Shown here piece after piece: positions 18,487-27,020 of a DNA stretch of 33,331 nt. The notes below the pieces were generated by a model, which worked only from the letters and a program-made list of their open reading frames with translations, had not been told where the DNA came from and ran no database searches. Location: positions 1 to 33,331 of the forward strand of contig JBHIBS010000018.1 in assembly GCA_046759165.1 (NCBI GenBank), written 5' to 3'. Every line of letters begins with the position of its first letter. Within the stretch, counting starts at the first letter, position 1. The stretch is from a bacterium. Lineage in GTDB: Bacteria > UBA6262 > WVXT01. The position numbers and the translations under genes were made by a program.

Positions 18487-18918
18487 CTATTCTCTCCTCA
18501 GAGGATACTTCCCTTCTGGCCAATCTTCAAATAAGAGTAGCCTTTTTAGATTAGGATGGTTTCTGAAATTCACTCCCAAAAGTTCATGTATCTCTCTCTC
18601 TATCCACTCCGCTCCTTTTATTATGGGAGTTACTGATTCTATTTCTGGATGCTTCTTATCAATTAGAGTGCGAAGAGAAACAATTGTTCCCGAACTATCA
18701 AATGAAAAGTGGTAGAGTATTTCTATCCCCTTCTGGGTATCCATCCCGCTTGCAGTCGCTAATCGTCCTCTTAGTTCCCGGAATAGGAAACTCACCACCT
18801 CAGGTATATCTTTTGAGTCAAAGTCAACATATATTCGACGAGGAGACTTCTCAAAAACTTTAAGAACCCTTTTAGAGAATCTATCTTTTATTTTTACCAA
18901 AATTTCTTCTGCCATCAA
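18487..18918 (-). CDS. NuoC/MbhK-like hydrogenase subunit
   Basis: EILYHF, AEWIEREIHELLGVNFRNHP, YPLR. Confidence 0.9.
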   Translation of the reverse strand: MMAEEILVKIKDRFSKRVLKVFEKSPRRIYVDFDSKDIPEVVSFLFRELRGRLATASGMDTQKGIEILYHFSFDSSGTIVSLRTLIDKKHPEIESVTPIIKGAEWIEREIHELLGVNFRNHPNLKRLLLFEDWPEGKYPLRRE

Positions 18919-18919
18919 A

Positions 18920-19342
18920 TTAGCCTTTCTTTAATGCCTTAATCAGTTTGACAACTCCCATAATTATTGCTTCTGGTTTTGGAGGACAACCCGGGATGTA
19001 TGCATGAACAGGAACAAGTCTATCCACAGGTCCAGCCATATTATAAGAATCTCTAAAAATTGTCATCGAACAGGCACAAGCACCAACTGCTACAACCAGA
19101 CATGGTTTAGAAGCCTGCTCATAAAGCCTCTTTAACCTCACTGCTCCTTTATGAGAAACCGCACCAGTAACCAGCATAACATCTGCATGACGAATGCTTC
19201 CCACTAAAAGGATACCAAACCTCTCCAAATCGAACTTGGGAGTTAATGCATCCAGAATTTCTATATCGCAGTTATTGCAAGGAGCGGATGCAAAATGGAA
19301 AACCCAGATAGATTTGGTTAATGCCTTTGTCTTAAGATCCAT
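18920..19342 (-). CDS. Group 4 hydrogenase small subunit (NuoB/MbhJ-like)
   Basis: CNNCDIE, IRHAD, VGACA, YIPGCPP. Confidence 0.94.
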   Translation of the reverse strand: MDLKTKALTKSIWVFHFASAPCNNCDIEILDALTPKFDLERFGILLVGSIRHADVMLVTGAVSHKGAVRLKRLYEQASKPCLVVAVGACACSMTIFRDSYNMAGPVDRLVPVHAYIPGCPPKPEAIIMGVVKLIKALKKG

Positions 19343-19343
19343 C

Positions 19344-20273
19344 TTATATCCCCAAAAATGCAAGAATTATACCTATAACTGCTAAGATTGTCATCGGTCC
19401 CCAGAAAAATTTTATTGCCTGGTCAATACGCAGTCGGGGATTAGTGTTGCGCATTAAAATAATAATTACTAAGAGCAGGACATATTTTAATATGCCCCAT
19501 AAAATGTGCCAGCCGGAAAATATGATACCGCCCATAAACATAATTACTAAAAACATGGGGACTACAAACAACATCATCCAACGGCTAAGTTTATAAAGAG
19601 CTAAAGGGACTCCAGAATATTCAATATAAGGGCCTGCTATTATCTCCGTTTCTGCCTCAGGAATATCGAAAGGCACTAAGGCCAGTTTCGCCTGCATACA
19701 GACTATAGCAACAACAAAGGCAATAAATCCAGACCAGGAATTGAGGAAGATACTATTTGCCCATTGATACCGGAGCAACTCACCAAGCCTGATTATCCCA
19801 TGCGCTTGAATAACCGGAGTGAAAATAGCCAGAATGAAAGGTAACTCATATGCTAAAATCATTTTCATTTCCCGAGAAGCACCTAAGGAAGCTAAAGGAT
19901 TCCCAGAAGCAAAACCACCTATAATTACACTTATAGAAGGAATTGCCAATAAATAGATAACCACAATTAAATCTCCCAGAAAAGTCTCCTCTGGTGAAAT
20001 CATTACTAGCCAAATTAGAGTGGAGACAATAGTCACTGCAGCCAATCCAAAAAGGGGAGAAAGAAGAAAGGTCAATTTCGACCCTCCTTGAGGAACAATC
20101 GTTTCTTTACCCAATAATTTTACAAAATCGTAAAGTGGCTGAAGTATCGGCGGCCCTACTCGCCATTGCACCCGGGCAGTAACCTTTCGGTCAATCCAAC
20201 TAGCTAATATGGCTACCAATGCCGTAAACAAAAATCCAGGAAATACTATGAAGTAGAATAAAGTCTTTACCAT
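19344..20273 (-). CDS. NuoH/MbhM-like membrane anchor subunit
   Basis: DRKVTARVQWRVGP, DFVKLLGKE, GASRE, PFDIPEAETE, NPRLRIDQ. Confidence 0.93.
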   Translation of the reverse strand: MVKTLFYFIVFPGFLFTALVAILASWIDRKVTARVQWRVGPPILQPLYDFVKLLGKETIVPQGGSKLTFLLSPLFGLAAVTIVSTLIWLVMISPEETFLGDLIVVIYLLAIPSISVIIGGFASGNPLASLGASREMKMILAYELPFILAIFTPVIQAHGIIRLGELLRYQWANSIFLNSWSGFIAFVVAIVCMQAKLALVPFDIPEAETEIIAGPYIEYSGVPLALYKLSRWMMLFVVPMFLVIMFMGGIIFSGWHILWGILKYVLLLVIIILMRNTNPRLRIDQAIKFFWGPMTILAVIGIILAFLGI

Positions 20274-20275
20274 TC

Positions 20276-20749
20276 TTACTTTCTTTCCCAAGGAATATAA
20301 TGGACTACTAGATTCTTTCCCACAGCAAGATAGTTCTTTTTCGGGTCTTCCTCAATCTCCTCGTATCTAATTGCCTTCTCCGGACAGTCCTCTACACAAA
20401 CAGGAGCCTTTCCATTTGCCCGATCTAAACAATAATCGCAACTAGAAACGAGGTAGGGAATAACTTCAGGATAAATCGTTCCAAAAGGACAAGCTACAAC
20501 GCAAGATTTACACCCCACGCAGCGCATATTATATCTTTTCAATACTCCGTCCTTCTGTTTTTCAAGCGCCTCTTGGGGGCAGACTTTAACACAGGCAGCT
20601 TCCTCACAATGTCTGCAGATAAAAGAAAAAGCAGCTAATTCCCTTAAACTGGTTACTCCATTATTGTCAGGATGGTAGAAATAACTACAGGAGACCGTAC
20701 AGTCTTTACACTTAGAACAGGCTTCCAAATCAATAAACAACTTTTTCAT
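20276..20749 (-). CDS. Multi-[4Fe-4S] electron-transfer protein (HycB/CooF-like)
   Basis: CSKCKDCTVSC, CRHCEEAACVKVCP, CVGCKSCVVACP, CDYC..CVEDCP; track N-terminus lies in a repeat, so ATG 20749 chosen. Confidence 0.88.
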   Translation of the reverse strand: MKKLFIDLEACSKCKDCTVSCSYFYHPDNNGVTSLRELAAFSFICRHCEEAACVKVCPQEALEKQKDGVLKRYNMRCVGCKSCVVACPFGTIYPEVIPYLVSSCDYCLDRANGKAPVCVEDCPEKAIRYEEIEEDPKKNYLAVGKNLVVHYIPWERK

Positions 20750-20766
20750 ATCATTCCAATCTTTAG

Positions 20767-20979
20767 AAGATAGTTTGTGAAGAGTAGTTGGAATTTTAGC
20801 CAAAAAAACAAGGACGACATGTTCTCCTAATGCGAGGGGATTTGGTGGAGCGAGCATTAGAATTTTTAGCCAAAAATCGAAGAAAAGAGTTTAGTCCCAC
20901 AAAGACGGGAGAAACTCCTGAGATTTTTGGCAGTGCTCAAAGAGCAAAAAATTGTTAGCGAACGAACCAAATCCCGAAC
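20767..20979. repeat. Composite repeat: MITE left end plus G.A-rich foldback element (copy C)
   Basis: TTAG then AAGATAGTTTGTGAA identical to the MITE end at 1509; stems 20837-20846/20966-20975, 20869-20878/20922-20931, 20887-20892/20912-20917, 20934-20938/20942-20946. Confidence 0.8.
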
Positions 20980-21797
20980 TACAACCAGATATCCGGGACA
21001 TCTTTTATCAGATCGTATCTGAAAACCGGACCATCTTTACAAACATAATACTTACCGAGTGCACAATGTCCACATTTGCCAAGACCACAGGACATATTCT
21101 TCTCCATTGAAAGGTAGATATTTTCAGGTTTATATCCTAAATCCATCAACTTTAGCGTGCCGAATTTCATCATAATGGGAGGTCCACAAACCACGGCCAC
21201 AGAATTTCTTAAATCCATCTTGACTTTGTCCAGAAGGACAGTCACCAGTCCCTCAGTTTCATTCCATCCGGGAGTCGCTTTATCCACACTTCTCAAGATT
21301 TCCAATTTCCCTTTTTTCTTCCATTCAGGAAAGGCATATTTATAAACTATATCTTCAGGAGTTCTCGCTCCATAACAGAGAACTATTCGCCTGAACTTAT
21401 CTACATTTTCCAGAAGAGTAAGAAGTAGAGACCTCAGGGGTGCCATGCCCACTCCCCCGCCGAGAATCAAAACTTCCTTATCATAAAAATCACCAAGGGA
21501 ATATCCATAACCATAAGGACCTCGAATCCCTAAAATTTCTCCCTCCTTCATCTCATATAATTTGTCCGTTAGAAGTCCAACCTTCATGATGGTTAGCTCT
21601 ATCCTTTCATTCTGGGAGGGAGAAGAGGAAGGAGTAAAGGGCGCTTCGGCAATACTGGGTATAGTTAGTTGAACAAATTGACCAGTTTCGAATTTGATTT
21701 TTCGGCTGGGCTTCAACACAAAAGTCTTTATGTTAGGAGTCTCATCAATAATCTTCTCAACCTTAGCTCCAATTGGTAAATAGGGATTCTCCACCAT
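20979..21797 (-). CDS. FAD/NAD(P)-binding [2Fe-2S] oxidoreductase (AsrB / sulfhydrogenase gamma / FlxA-like)
   Basis: GQFVQL, RGPYG, GGGVGMAPLRS, VCGPPIMM, MSCGLGKCGHC..VCKDGPVF. Confidence 0.92.
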   Translation of the reverse strand: MVENPYLPIGAKVEKIIDETPNIKTFVLKPSRKIKFETGQFVQLTIPSIAEAPFTPSSSPSQNERIELTIMKVGLLTDKLYEMKEGEILGIRGPYGYGYSLGDFYDKEVLILGGGVGMAPLRSLLLTLLENVDKFRRIVLCYGARTPEDIVYKYAFPEWKKKGKLEILRSVDKATPGWNETEGLVTVLLDKVKMDLRNSVAVVCGPPIMMKFGTLKLMDLGYKPENIYLSMEKNMSCGLGKCGHCALGKYYVCKDGPVFRYDLIKDVPDIWL

Positions 21798-22817
21798 TTA
21801 CTTTTCACCCTTTTCACTTAATTTCTTTATCACTTCTCTTTTGTCTATTTTTCCCGGACAGGCTTCCACACAGCGACCACAACCGCTACAGGATACAATT
21901 CCAAAATTTTCTAGCCTATATTCGTATTTGCACAAATATCTATTCCTCAACCTTTCATATAATTTTGCTCGGGGATTGATGCCCGCAGCTACCCTGGCAA
22001 AGCCGGTATGCTGACAGGAATCCCAAAACTTAACTTTGGGAAATTTACCTCCATCTTTTGTATCCACAAGGAGAAAGCAGTAACAGGAAGGGCATATGTT
22101 AGTACAGGCTCCACATTCCACACAGGTTTTGGCTACTTCTTCCCAGACAGGCGAAGTATAATCCTCTTTTACAATAGAGAGGAAAGGTCTTCTGGTCTTA
22201 AATTCCCTGTTTATCTCTATCAATCTCTCCTTTGCTTCTTTTCTCTTATTTTCTCTCTCATCCATTAAATCCGAAGTTGCTTCTTTCAAATCTTCTCTTA
22301 TAGAAGCGATAAAGTTCTTTCCTTTAGGAGAACCCACTTCGAGCAGGAAGCCATTACCTATGGGAGAGATGTTGAGATCAAAGTCTCTTTCTGGAAAAGG
22401 ATTATTGTCCAGCAAAGTACAAAAACATGTATCTTTTGGCTGATAACAATCGGAGGAAATAATAAGAGTAGTCTCTCTTCTCTTTTTATAAAAAGGGTCT
22501 ACAAAGTCCTCCTCCAGGAAAATCTTATCCATAACCGAATGCGCTTTAAGGTCACAATTTTTAACTCCCAGAACTATCGTCCTCTCTGCCTGGGGAGTAA
22601 CCTCTGTTACCTTTTCCTGAGGTAAAGAGAAGAAGGTCTTAAAAGGTTGAACTGCCCGATAAGTACCATAAATGGTCTTGTTGACATTTTCTGGAGTCAA
22701 GACCTGATAGGCCAGATCGTCATAAACCTCTTGTGGAGCATAAATACGATAAGATCTTAAAATCTGTCCCAGAAATTTTTCCCAATTCGCTCTATCTATA
22801 TAAAATTTCATATTCAT
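21798..22817 (-). CDS. Iron-sulfur subunit (AsrA / sulfhydrogenase beta / FlxB-like)
   Basis: GVKNCD, TCFC, CVECGACTNICPSCYCF, WDSC, CSGCGRCVEACP. Confidence 0.9.
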   Translation of the reverse strand: MNMKFYIDRANWEKFLGQILRSYRIYAPQEVYDDLAYQVLTPENVNKTIYGTYRAVQPFKTFFSLPQEKVTEVTPQAERTIVLGVKNCDLKAHSVMDKIFLEEDFVDPFYKKRRETTLIISSDCYQPKDTCFCTLLDNNPFPERDFDLNISPIGNGFLLEVGSPKGKNFIASIREDLKEATSDLMDERENKRKEAKERLIEINREFKTRRPFLSIVKEDYTSPVWEEVAKTCVECGACTNICPSCYCFLLVDTKDGGKFPKVKFWDSCQHTGFARVAAGINPRAKLYERLRNRYLCKYEYRLENFGIVSCSGCGRCVEACPGKIDKREVIKKLSEKGEK

Positions 22818-22830
22818 AACTTGAGAAACT

Positions 22831-22848
22831 TTGTGAATTTTTTCACAA
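22831..22848. promoter_or_regulatory. Rex operator
   Basis: TTGTGAA-TTTT-TTCACAA, exact Rex consensus, between promoter and first gene, next to rex. Confidence 0.92.
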
Positions 22849-22888
22849 ATACCCCAAAAAAATTTAGAACTTGTTACCTTAAGTTTAG

Positions 22889-22918
22889 ATTATACAAAAT
22901 GAATCGAGTAAGTGTCAA
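22889..22918 (-). promoter_or_regulatory. Sigma70-type promoter of the hydrogenase operon
   Basis: TTGACA-N18-TATAAT. Confidence 0.85.
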
Positions 22919-22933
22919 GTAAATCTTTAAAAT

Positions 22934-23551
22934 TTATTTGGCCAAGAAACAGCTCAAGGTTTGTAGTTCTGTAGACAAGTCTATATTTTTTAATTTCAAC
23001 CCTTCTGGTACAGCCAGTTTATAAGGAGCAAAGTTTAATATCGCTTTCACCCCTGACTGGATTAAAATTTGAGCAACCTGTTGGGCGGAAAAATGGGGTA
23101 CAGCGATGATTGCAATTCTTATTCCTCTCTCCTTTACTACTTTCGGTATCTGCTTCATATCCAGAATCTCCACTCCCTGCCAGGTCCTTCCTATCTTTGT
23201 TGGTGAGTTGTCAAAGATGACCGAAATTTGGAATCCATGTTGGCGGAATCCAGGATAGGCAGAAAGTGCTCTTCCCAAATTTCCAGCCCCTACCAATGCG
23301 ACCTGCCATTTCCTATCCAATCCCAGGGTCTTATCAAGTCCCTCGGAAAGCTTGTTTACATTGTAGCCTTTTCCTCTCTCACCAAACTGCCCTACATAGG
23401 AAAGGTCACGGCGTATTTGAGAAGGTTTAAAATGCATCTTCACCCCCAACCTCTCAGAAGTCACCAAAGGCTTTCCTTTCTTAAGTAGAGACTTTATATA
23501 ACGGCGATAGATAGTTAGACGGTTGACTGTTATTTCAGGTAGCTTCTCCAT
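22934..23551 (-). CDS. rex: Redox-sensing transcriptional repressor Rex
   Basis: RLTIYRR, QIRRDLSYVGQFG..GKGY, Rossmann VGAGNLG, ILNFAP. Confidence 0.97.
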   Translation of the reverse strand: MEKLPEITVNRLTIYRRYIKSLLKKGKPLVTSERLGVKMHFKPSQIRRDLSYVGQFGERGKGYNVNKLSEGLDKTLGLDRKWQVALVGAGNLGRALSAYPGFRQHGFQISVIFDNSPTKIGRTWQGVEILDMKQIPKVVKERGIRIAIIAVPHFSAQQVAQILIQSGVKAILNFAPYKLAVPEGLKLKNIDLSTELQTLSCFLAK

Positions 23552-24335
23552 TCTCTCTAAATATTACCCTTTCTGAGTGAGAATATATGTTCATTCGCTC
23601 CCCTCGGCAGAAACCTATTAAGGTTATCCCTGACCTTTGGGAAAGTGCAACCGAGAGGTCAGTGGGTGCCCCGCGTGATATCAAGAAAGTAGCATTCATT
23701 CTCCTTGCCTTAAAAACCATCTCTGCAGAGACTCTTCCTGTGGTCAAAATTATGGAACCTTTTGTCGCAATCCCTTCCATAACACACTTGCCTGCGATTT
23801 TATCCAGAGCATTATGCCTACCAATATCTTCACTGAAAATAATAATTCCTCCTTCGTTAGCTAAGGCACACGAGTGAACTCCTCCTGTCGTGATATACAA
23901 CTGAGACCTCTTGTAAAATTCTCTAATCAACTGGCTTATCCAATGAGAGCTCAGAGAAATCCCTTCAATTGAAATCTCATCCTCTCCCCATTCCCCAGAA
24001 GGAAATAAAAACACCCCCTGGCCACATCCGGAAGTTATGACTCTCTCAACAGGCTGTTGCGTTCTATTCTCCACACATCCTTCTACCATTACTATTCCTC
24101 TCTCAGGGTCTTCTGAGATCCATTTTATCTCCTCAAAATAGGACAGAATTCCCTCCGAGAACAGAAATCCCACAGCCAGCTCCATAATCTGAACCGGGGT
24201 ACAGAGAAGGGTGGCTATTTTCCTCCCATTATAGAATATGGTAATGGAAGATTCCCTCACCAAGAGATCTTCTACATGCTTCTGTTTATCTCTGTAACTG
24301 CGCAATATGGGCAACCTGTAAATATTCTCTTCCAT
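23535..24335 (-). CDS. fdhD: Formate dehydrogenase accessory sulfurtransferase FdhD
   Basis: LAVGFLFSEG, TSGCG, TGGVHSCAL, EDIGRHNALDK, TGRVSAEM; start uncertain, overlaps mobA. Confidence 0.93.
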   Translation of the reverse strand: MEENIYRLPILRSYRDKQKHVEDLLVRESSITIFYNGRKIATLLCTPVQIMELAVGFLFSEGILSYFEEIKWISEDPERGIVMVEGCVENRTQQPVERVITSGCGQGVFLFPSGEWGEDEISIEGISLSSHWISQLIREFYKRSQLYITTGGVHSCALANEGGIIIFSEDIGRHNALDKIAGKCVMEGIATKGSIILTTGRVSAEMVFKARRMNATFLISRGAPTDLSVALSQRSGITLIGFCRGERMNIYSHSERVIFRENGEAT

Positions 24336-24969
24336 ACCACTCTTTTCCTTTTTTCTTCTCAATTTCTATTGCCTTTTTCCAGTCATTTATAGTATTAATA
24401 TTGAAAAATGAGATACCCTCAGAATCGAAAAATTCAATCTCTTGCCTCTCTAAATACTCCACCTCGACATATGGAAAGAAGGATACCATTTTTCTTCTAC
24501 CTTCTCCTAACACTTTTTCTATACTGTGTAAGCACCTTGACGAATAGAATGCGTGTAATGGCTCCAAAAATTCTCCAGTGCGAGGAATCAATATATCGGC
24601 CCGGGAAATTCTCCTGACCATATGAGATATCAGTTCTCTTTGAAGAAAGGGCATATCACACCCTACCAGAAAGTTAAACTTAGCCGGAGAGCGAAGAAGA
24701 CCACTATATAGGCCACGAAGTGGGCATTTTGGTCCAACCACATCGCTGACCAATTTGACAGAACTTCCAAAACCATACATAAGCTTTTCTAAATAATCGA
24801 ACTTATCTTCATCCACGACTATCAGGATGTCCTTAAAAAGGGAAAGAAGCGATAGTGTAATTCTTCTGATTAGAATCTCTCCTCCCAGTAAAAGCTTAGC
24901 TTTCAAGTGAGGAAGCCTGGAGTTTTCTCCTGCTGCCAATATTATTGCTGCAAAATCAGTTTTTCCCAT
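24286..24969 (-). CDS. mobA: Mo/W cofactor guanylyltransferase MobA
   Basis: ILAAGENSRL..K, PLRGL, CDMPF, EPLHAFY, FFNINT. Confidence 0.9.
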   Translation of the reverse strand: MGKTDFAAIILAAGENSRLPHLKAKLLLGGEILIRRITLSLLSLFKDILIVVDEDKFDYLEKLMYGFGSSVKLVSDVVGPKCPLRGLYSGLLRSPAKFNFLVGCDMPFLQRELISHMVRRISRADILIPRTGEFLEPLHAFYSSRCLHSIEKVLGEGRRKMVSFFPYVEVEYLERQEIEFFDSEGISFFNINTINDWKKAIEIEKKKGKEWYGREYLQVAHIAQLQR

Positions 24970-25031
24970 TTTACCTGAATTTTACCGATGATCTCTAATA
25001 TATCCATCTTTATATAGCAAACCTTTTATTC

Positions 25032-25820
25032 TTATTTCTTCCTGTAGGCCTCAAGATAGTTATCACAATATATCTGTTTCCCCATTAACAGCTCAGCAGT
25101 AATCATACTGTTCATTAAATCTTTATCTAAGGGATCCAGAATTGCCGCATCCAGACCACAGGCAATAGCCATTGCCAGGTAGGTTCGATTAACCAAGGGG
25201 CGATCGAGTGTCTTCTGAGAGACATTACTCAATCCTAAAATTGTCCTGGGGGCAGGGTCGCAGAGGAGCTTACACTGTTTTATTGTCTCCAAGACTTCCT
25301 TGGAATGGTCCTGTGCCACATTCACCGGAAGAATTACTCCATCGATATAAAGTTCGTTCATATCTATCCCTTGTTCCTGGGCAGAGGTTACTATCTCGGC
25401 AGCAATTTCTGCTCTACTCTCTGCATTTTGAGGAATCCCGCTCTTATTCAGAGTCAAGCCGATTATAGAAGCATTGTATTTCTTGGCTAAAGGAAGAAGT
25501 CTGTCCAGTTTTTCCTTATCTCCCGAGGTAGAATTTATAATCGCTTTACCTTTAGATAATTTAAGTCCAGCTTCCATTACCTCAAATTTTGTAGTATCAA
25601 TTGCCAAAGGCGCATCGGTAACTTCGCCAATAGTCTTAACCAGCCACTCCATAGCTCCGAGAGGATCTTCAGCAGCTGGGCCGACATTGACATCCAGTGC
25701 ATCTGCGCCTGCCTCCATCTGCTTGAAAGCCAAATCCTGTATAGTAGCTCTATCACCCTCTTTGATTGCCCTGGCCACATCCTCAAACATACCGTTAATT
25801 CTCTCCCCAATAACGAACAT
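25032..25820 (-). CDS. acsE: Methyl-THF:corrinoid iron-sulfur protein methyltransferase
   Basis: IGERING, DVNVG, IDTT, INST, GLSNVSQ, YCDNYL; acs context. Confidence 0.95.
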   Translation of the reverse strand: MFVIGERINGMFEDVARAIKEGDRATIQDLAFKQMEAGADALDVNVGPAAEDPLGAMEWLVKTIGEVTDAPLAIDTTKFEVMEAGLKLSKGKAIINSTSGDKEKLDRLLPLAKKYNASIIGLTLNKSGIPQNAESRAEIAAEIVTSAQEQGIDMNELYIDGVILPVNVAQDHSKEVLETIKQCKLLCDPAPRTILGLSNVSQKTLDRPLVNRTYLAMAIACGLDAAILDPLDKDLMNSMITAELLMGKQIYCDNYLEAYRKK

Positions 25821-25925
25821 ATTCTTTCCCTCCAGAATGTATTTCAAAGCCTTTTCGTGCTACCCGTCCTCTATGCTCCCTTTTGGGAGGACTCCAAGGT
25901 TTATCTTCGCTTTCAAATTCCTTAT

Positions 25926-26885
25926 TCATTTTTTCATTAATTCTTCGATGGTCTTTTTGACGCTCTCTATTGCCTTAGGATGGCACATTACCAGTATATC
26001 TGCTCCTGCCTGAAGATAGCTCACAGCAGTAGTAACTTCCCAGAGTGGTCCCCTAGAGGCTATTGGTCCCCATTCGGGAATCTCTTGTTCAGAGGCTTTA
26101 GCTTCTTTGGCTCTCCAGACCTCCCGTCCAACGAAATTCACCATAGGCATAGACATCATCCTATCCCCTTGCAGAGCTGCCAGACGACTACGCTCCATTA
26201 TGGAATATGTGTATTCCAGACCATAGCCTAAAGCTCCTGTGGCATGGTGCATAATTATCTTCTCCAGAGGAAAACCCATGTCTGATATAAGAATATTTAA
26301 TTGCTTGGCCAAATTGATATCGATGGGAGATTCCGCAATTATCGAATGTCCACCACTTTGACAGGCTGCAGTTATTGTCTTGTAGTTTGCCTGCACTGCT
26401 ATGCCCACCAAGCAGTTCTCTCCCCGAGCAGCCTCAGTGACTGCGGGGATAACTTCAGTGTCCCTTTCTGCCTGGTTACATCCTGTAATCATTAAAGGCA
26501 CGGACACCGCTTCCAGAATTTTCTTGACCGTGGCTGCAGCCTCTTGTGGAGAGTTATTTTTAGTATCCGGGTCTGTGGAAGCCAGACGGAGGCACAGGAA
26601 ATCGGCTCCATACTCGTTTACACATTTCTTAGCCCATTCTACTGGGTCACCAAGCACATCCCTAAATGGCCCCTTTAACACAGACGGCCAATCGGGAGGC
26701 TCCATATCCCAGACTTCCATAGCAATTGCAGGCGGATTGGGGATAACTCCTTCAAAGTGGAGGAATGGTAGGGTAGTTGCTCCTCCAACTTTGACAACAG
26801 AACTCCTCGTTCCACCCTCTTTCTGTGTTGCTCCAATAATTAGCTCGTTAACTCTACTCGCCCACTTTTCAGTAGCTTTTTCCAA
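25926..26885 (-). CDS. acsD: Corrinoid iron-sulfur protein small (delta) subunit
   Basis: KVGGATTLPF, SPIDINLAKQLN, ALGYGLEYTYSIMER, GADILVMCHP; SD AAGGAG before TTG 26885. Confidence 0.95.
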   Translation of the reverse strand: MEKATEKWASRVNELIIGATQKEGGTRSSVVKVGGATTLPFLHFEGVIPNPPAIAMEVWDMEPPDWPSVLKGPFRDVLGDPVEWAKKCVNEYGADFLCLRLASTDPDTKNNSPQEAAATVKKILEAVSVPLMITGCNQAERDTEVIPAVTEAARGENCLVGIAVQANYKTITAACQSGGHSIIAESPIDINLAKQLNILISDMGFPLEKIIMHHATGALGYGLEYTYSIMERSRLAALQGDRMMSMPMVNFVGREVWRAKEAKASEQEIPEWGPIASRGPLWEVTTAVSYLQAGADILVMCHPKAIESVKKTIEELMKK

Positions 26886-26937
26886 TTTTATACTCCTTAT
26901 GTGAATCAGCCTGTGCTCAATAGGGAAAACCTCACCC

Positions 26938-27020
26938 GGGGCGCTCACCGCCTCGCGCCCGCGCCTTTCCCTCGCTTCGCTCGGCCGTCGCTCCTTATTC
27001 GTCGCGACCGGCGCCCCTAC
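26938..27020 (-). repeat. GC-rich GTAG-footed branched foldback element
   Basis: Closing stem GGGGCGC/GCGCCCC, internal GTCGC/GCGAC arm and CC-GA-GCGAAGC-GA-GG arm; far more GC-rich than its flanks. Confidence 0.65.

Noticed and set aside
29-20781. TTGTGAA in the repeat left ends as extra Rex sites
   Set aside because: Half-sites only; no TTCACAA at N4 spacing; explained as MITE termini
20979-22817. Anaerobic sulfite reductase AsrABC or group 3b sulfhydrogenase
   Set aside because: No siroheme AsrC and no group 3b alpha/delta subunits adjacent
25876-25889. Hairpin CTCCC-TTTT-GGGAG between acsD and acsE
   Set aside because: Only a 5-bp stem with no U-tract on the coding strand; not supportable as a terminator
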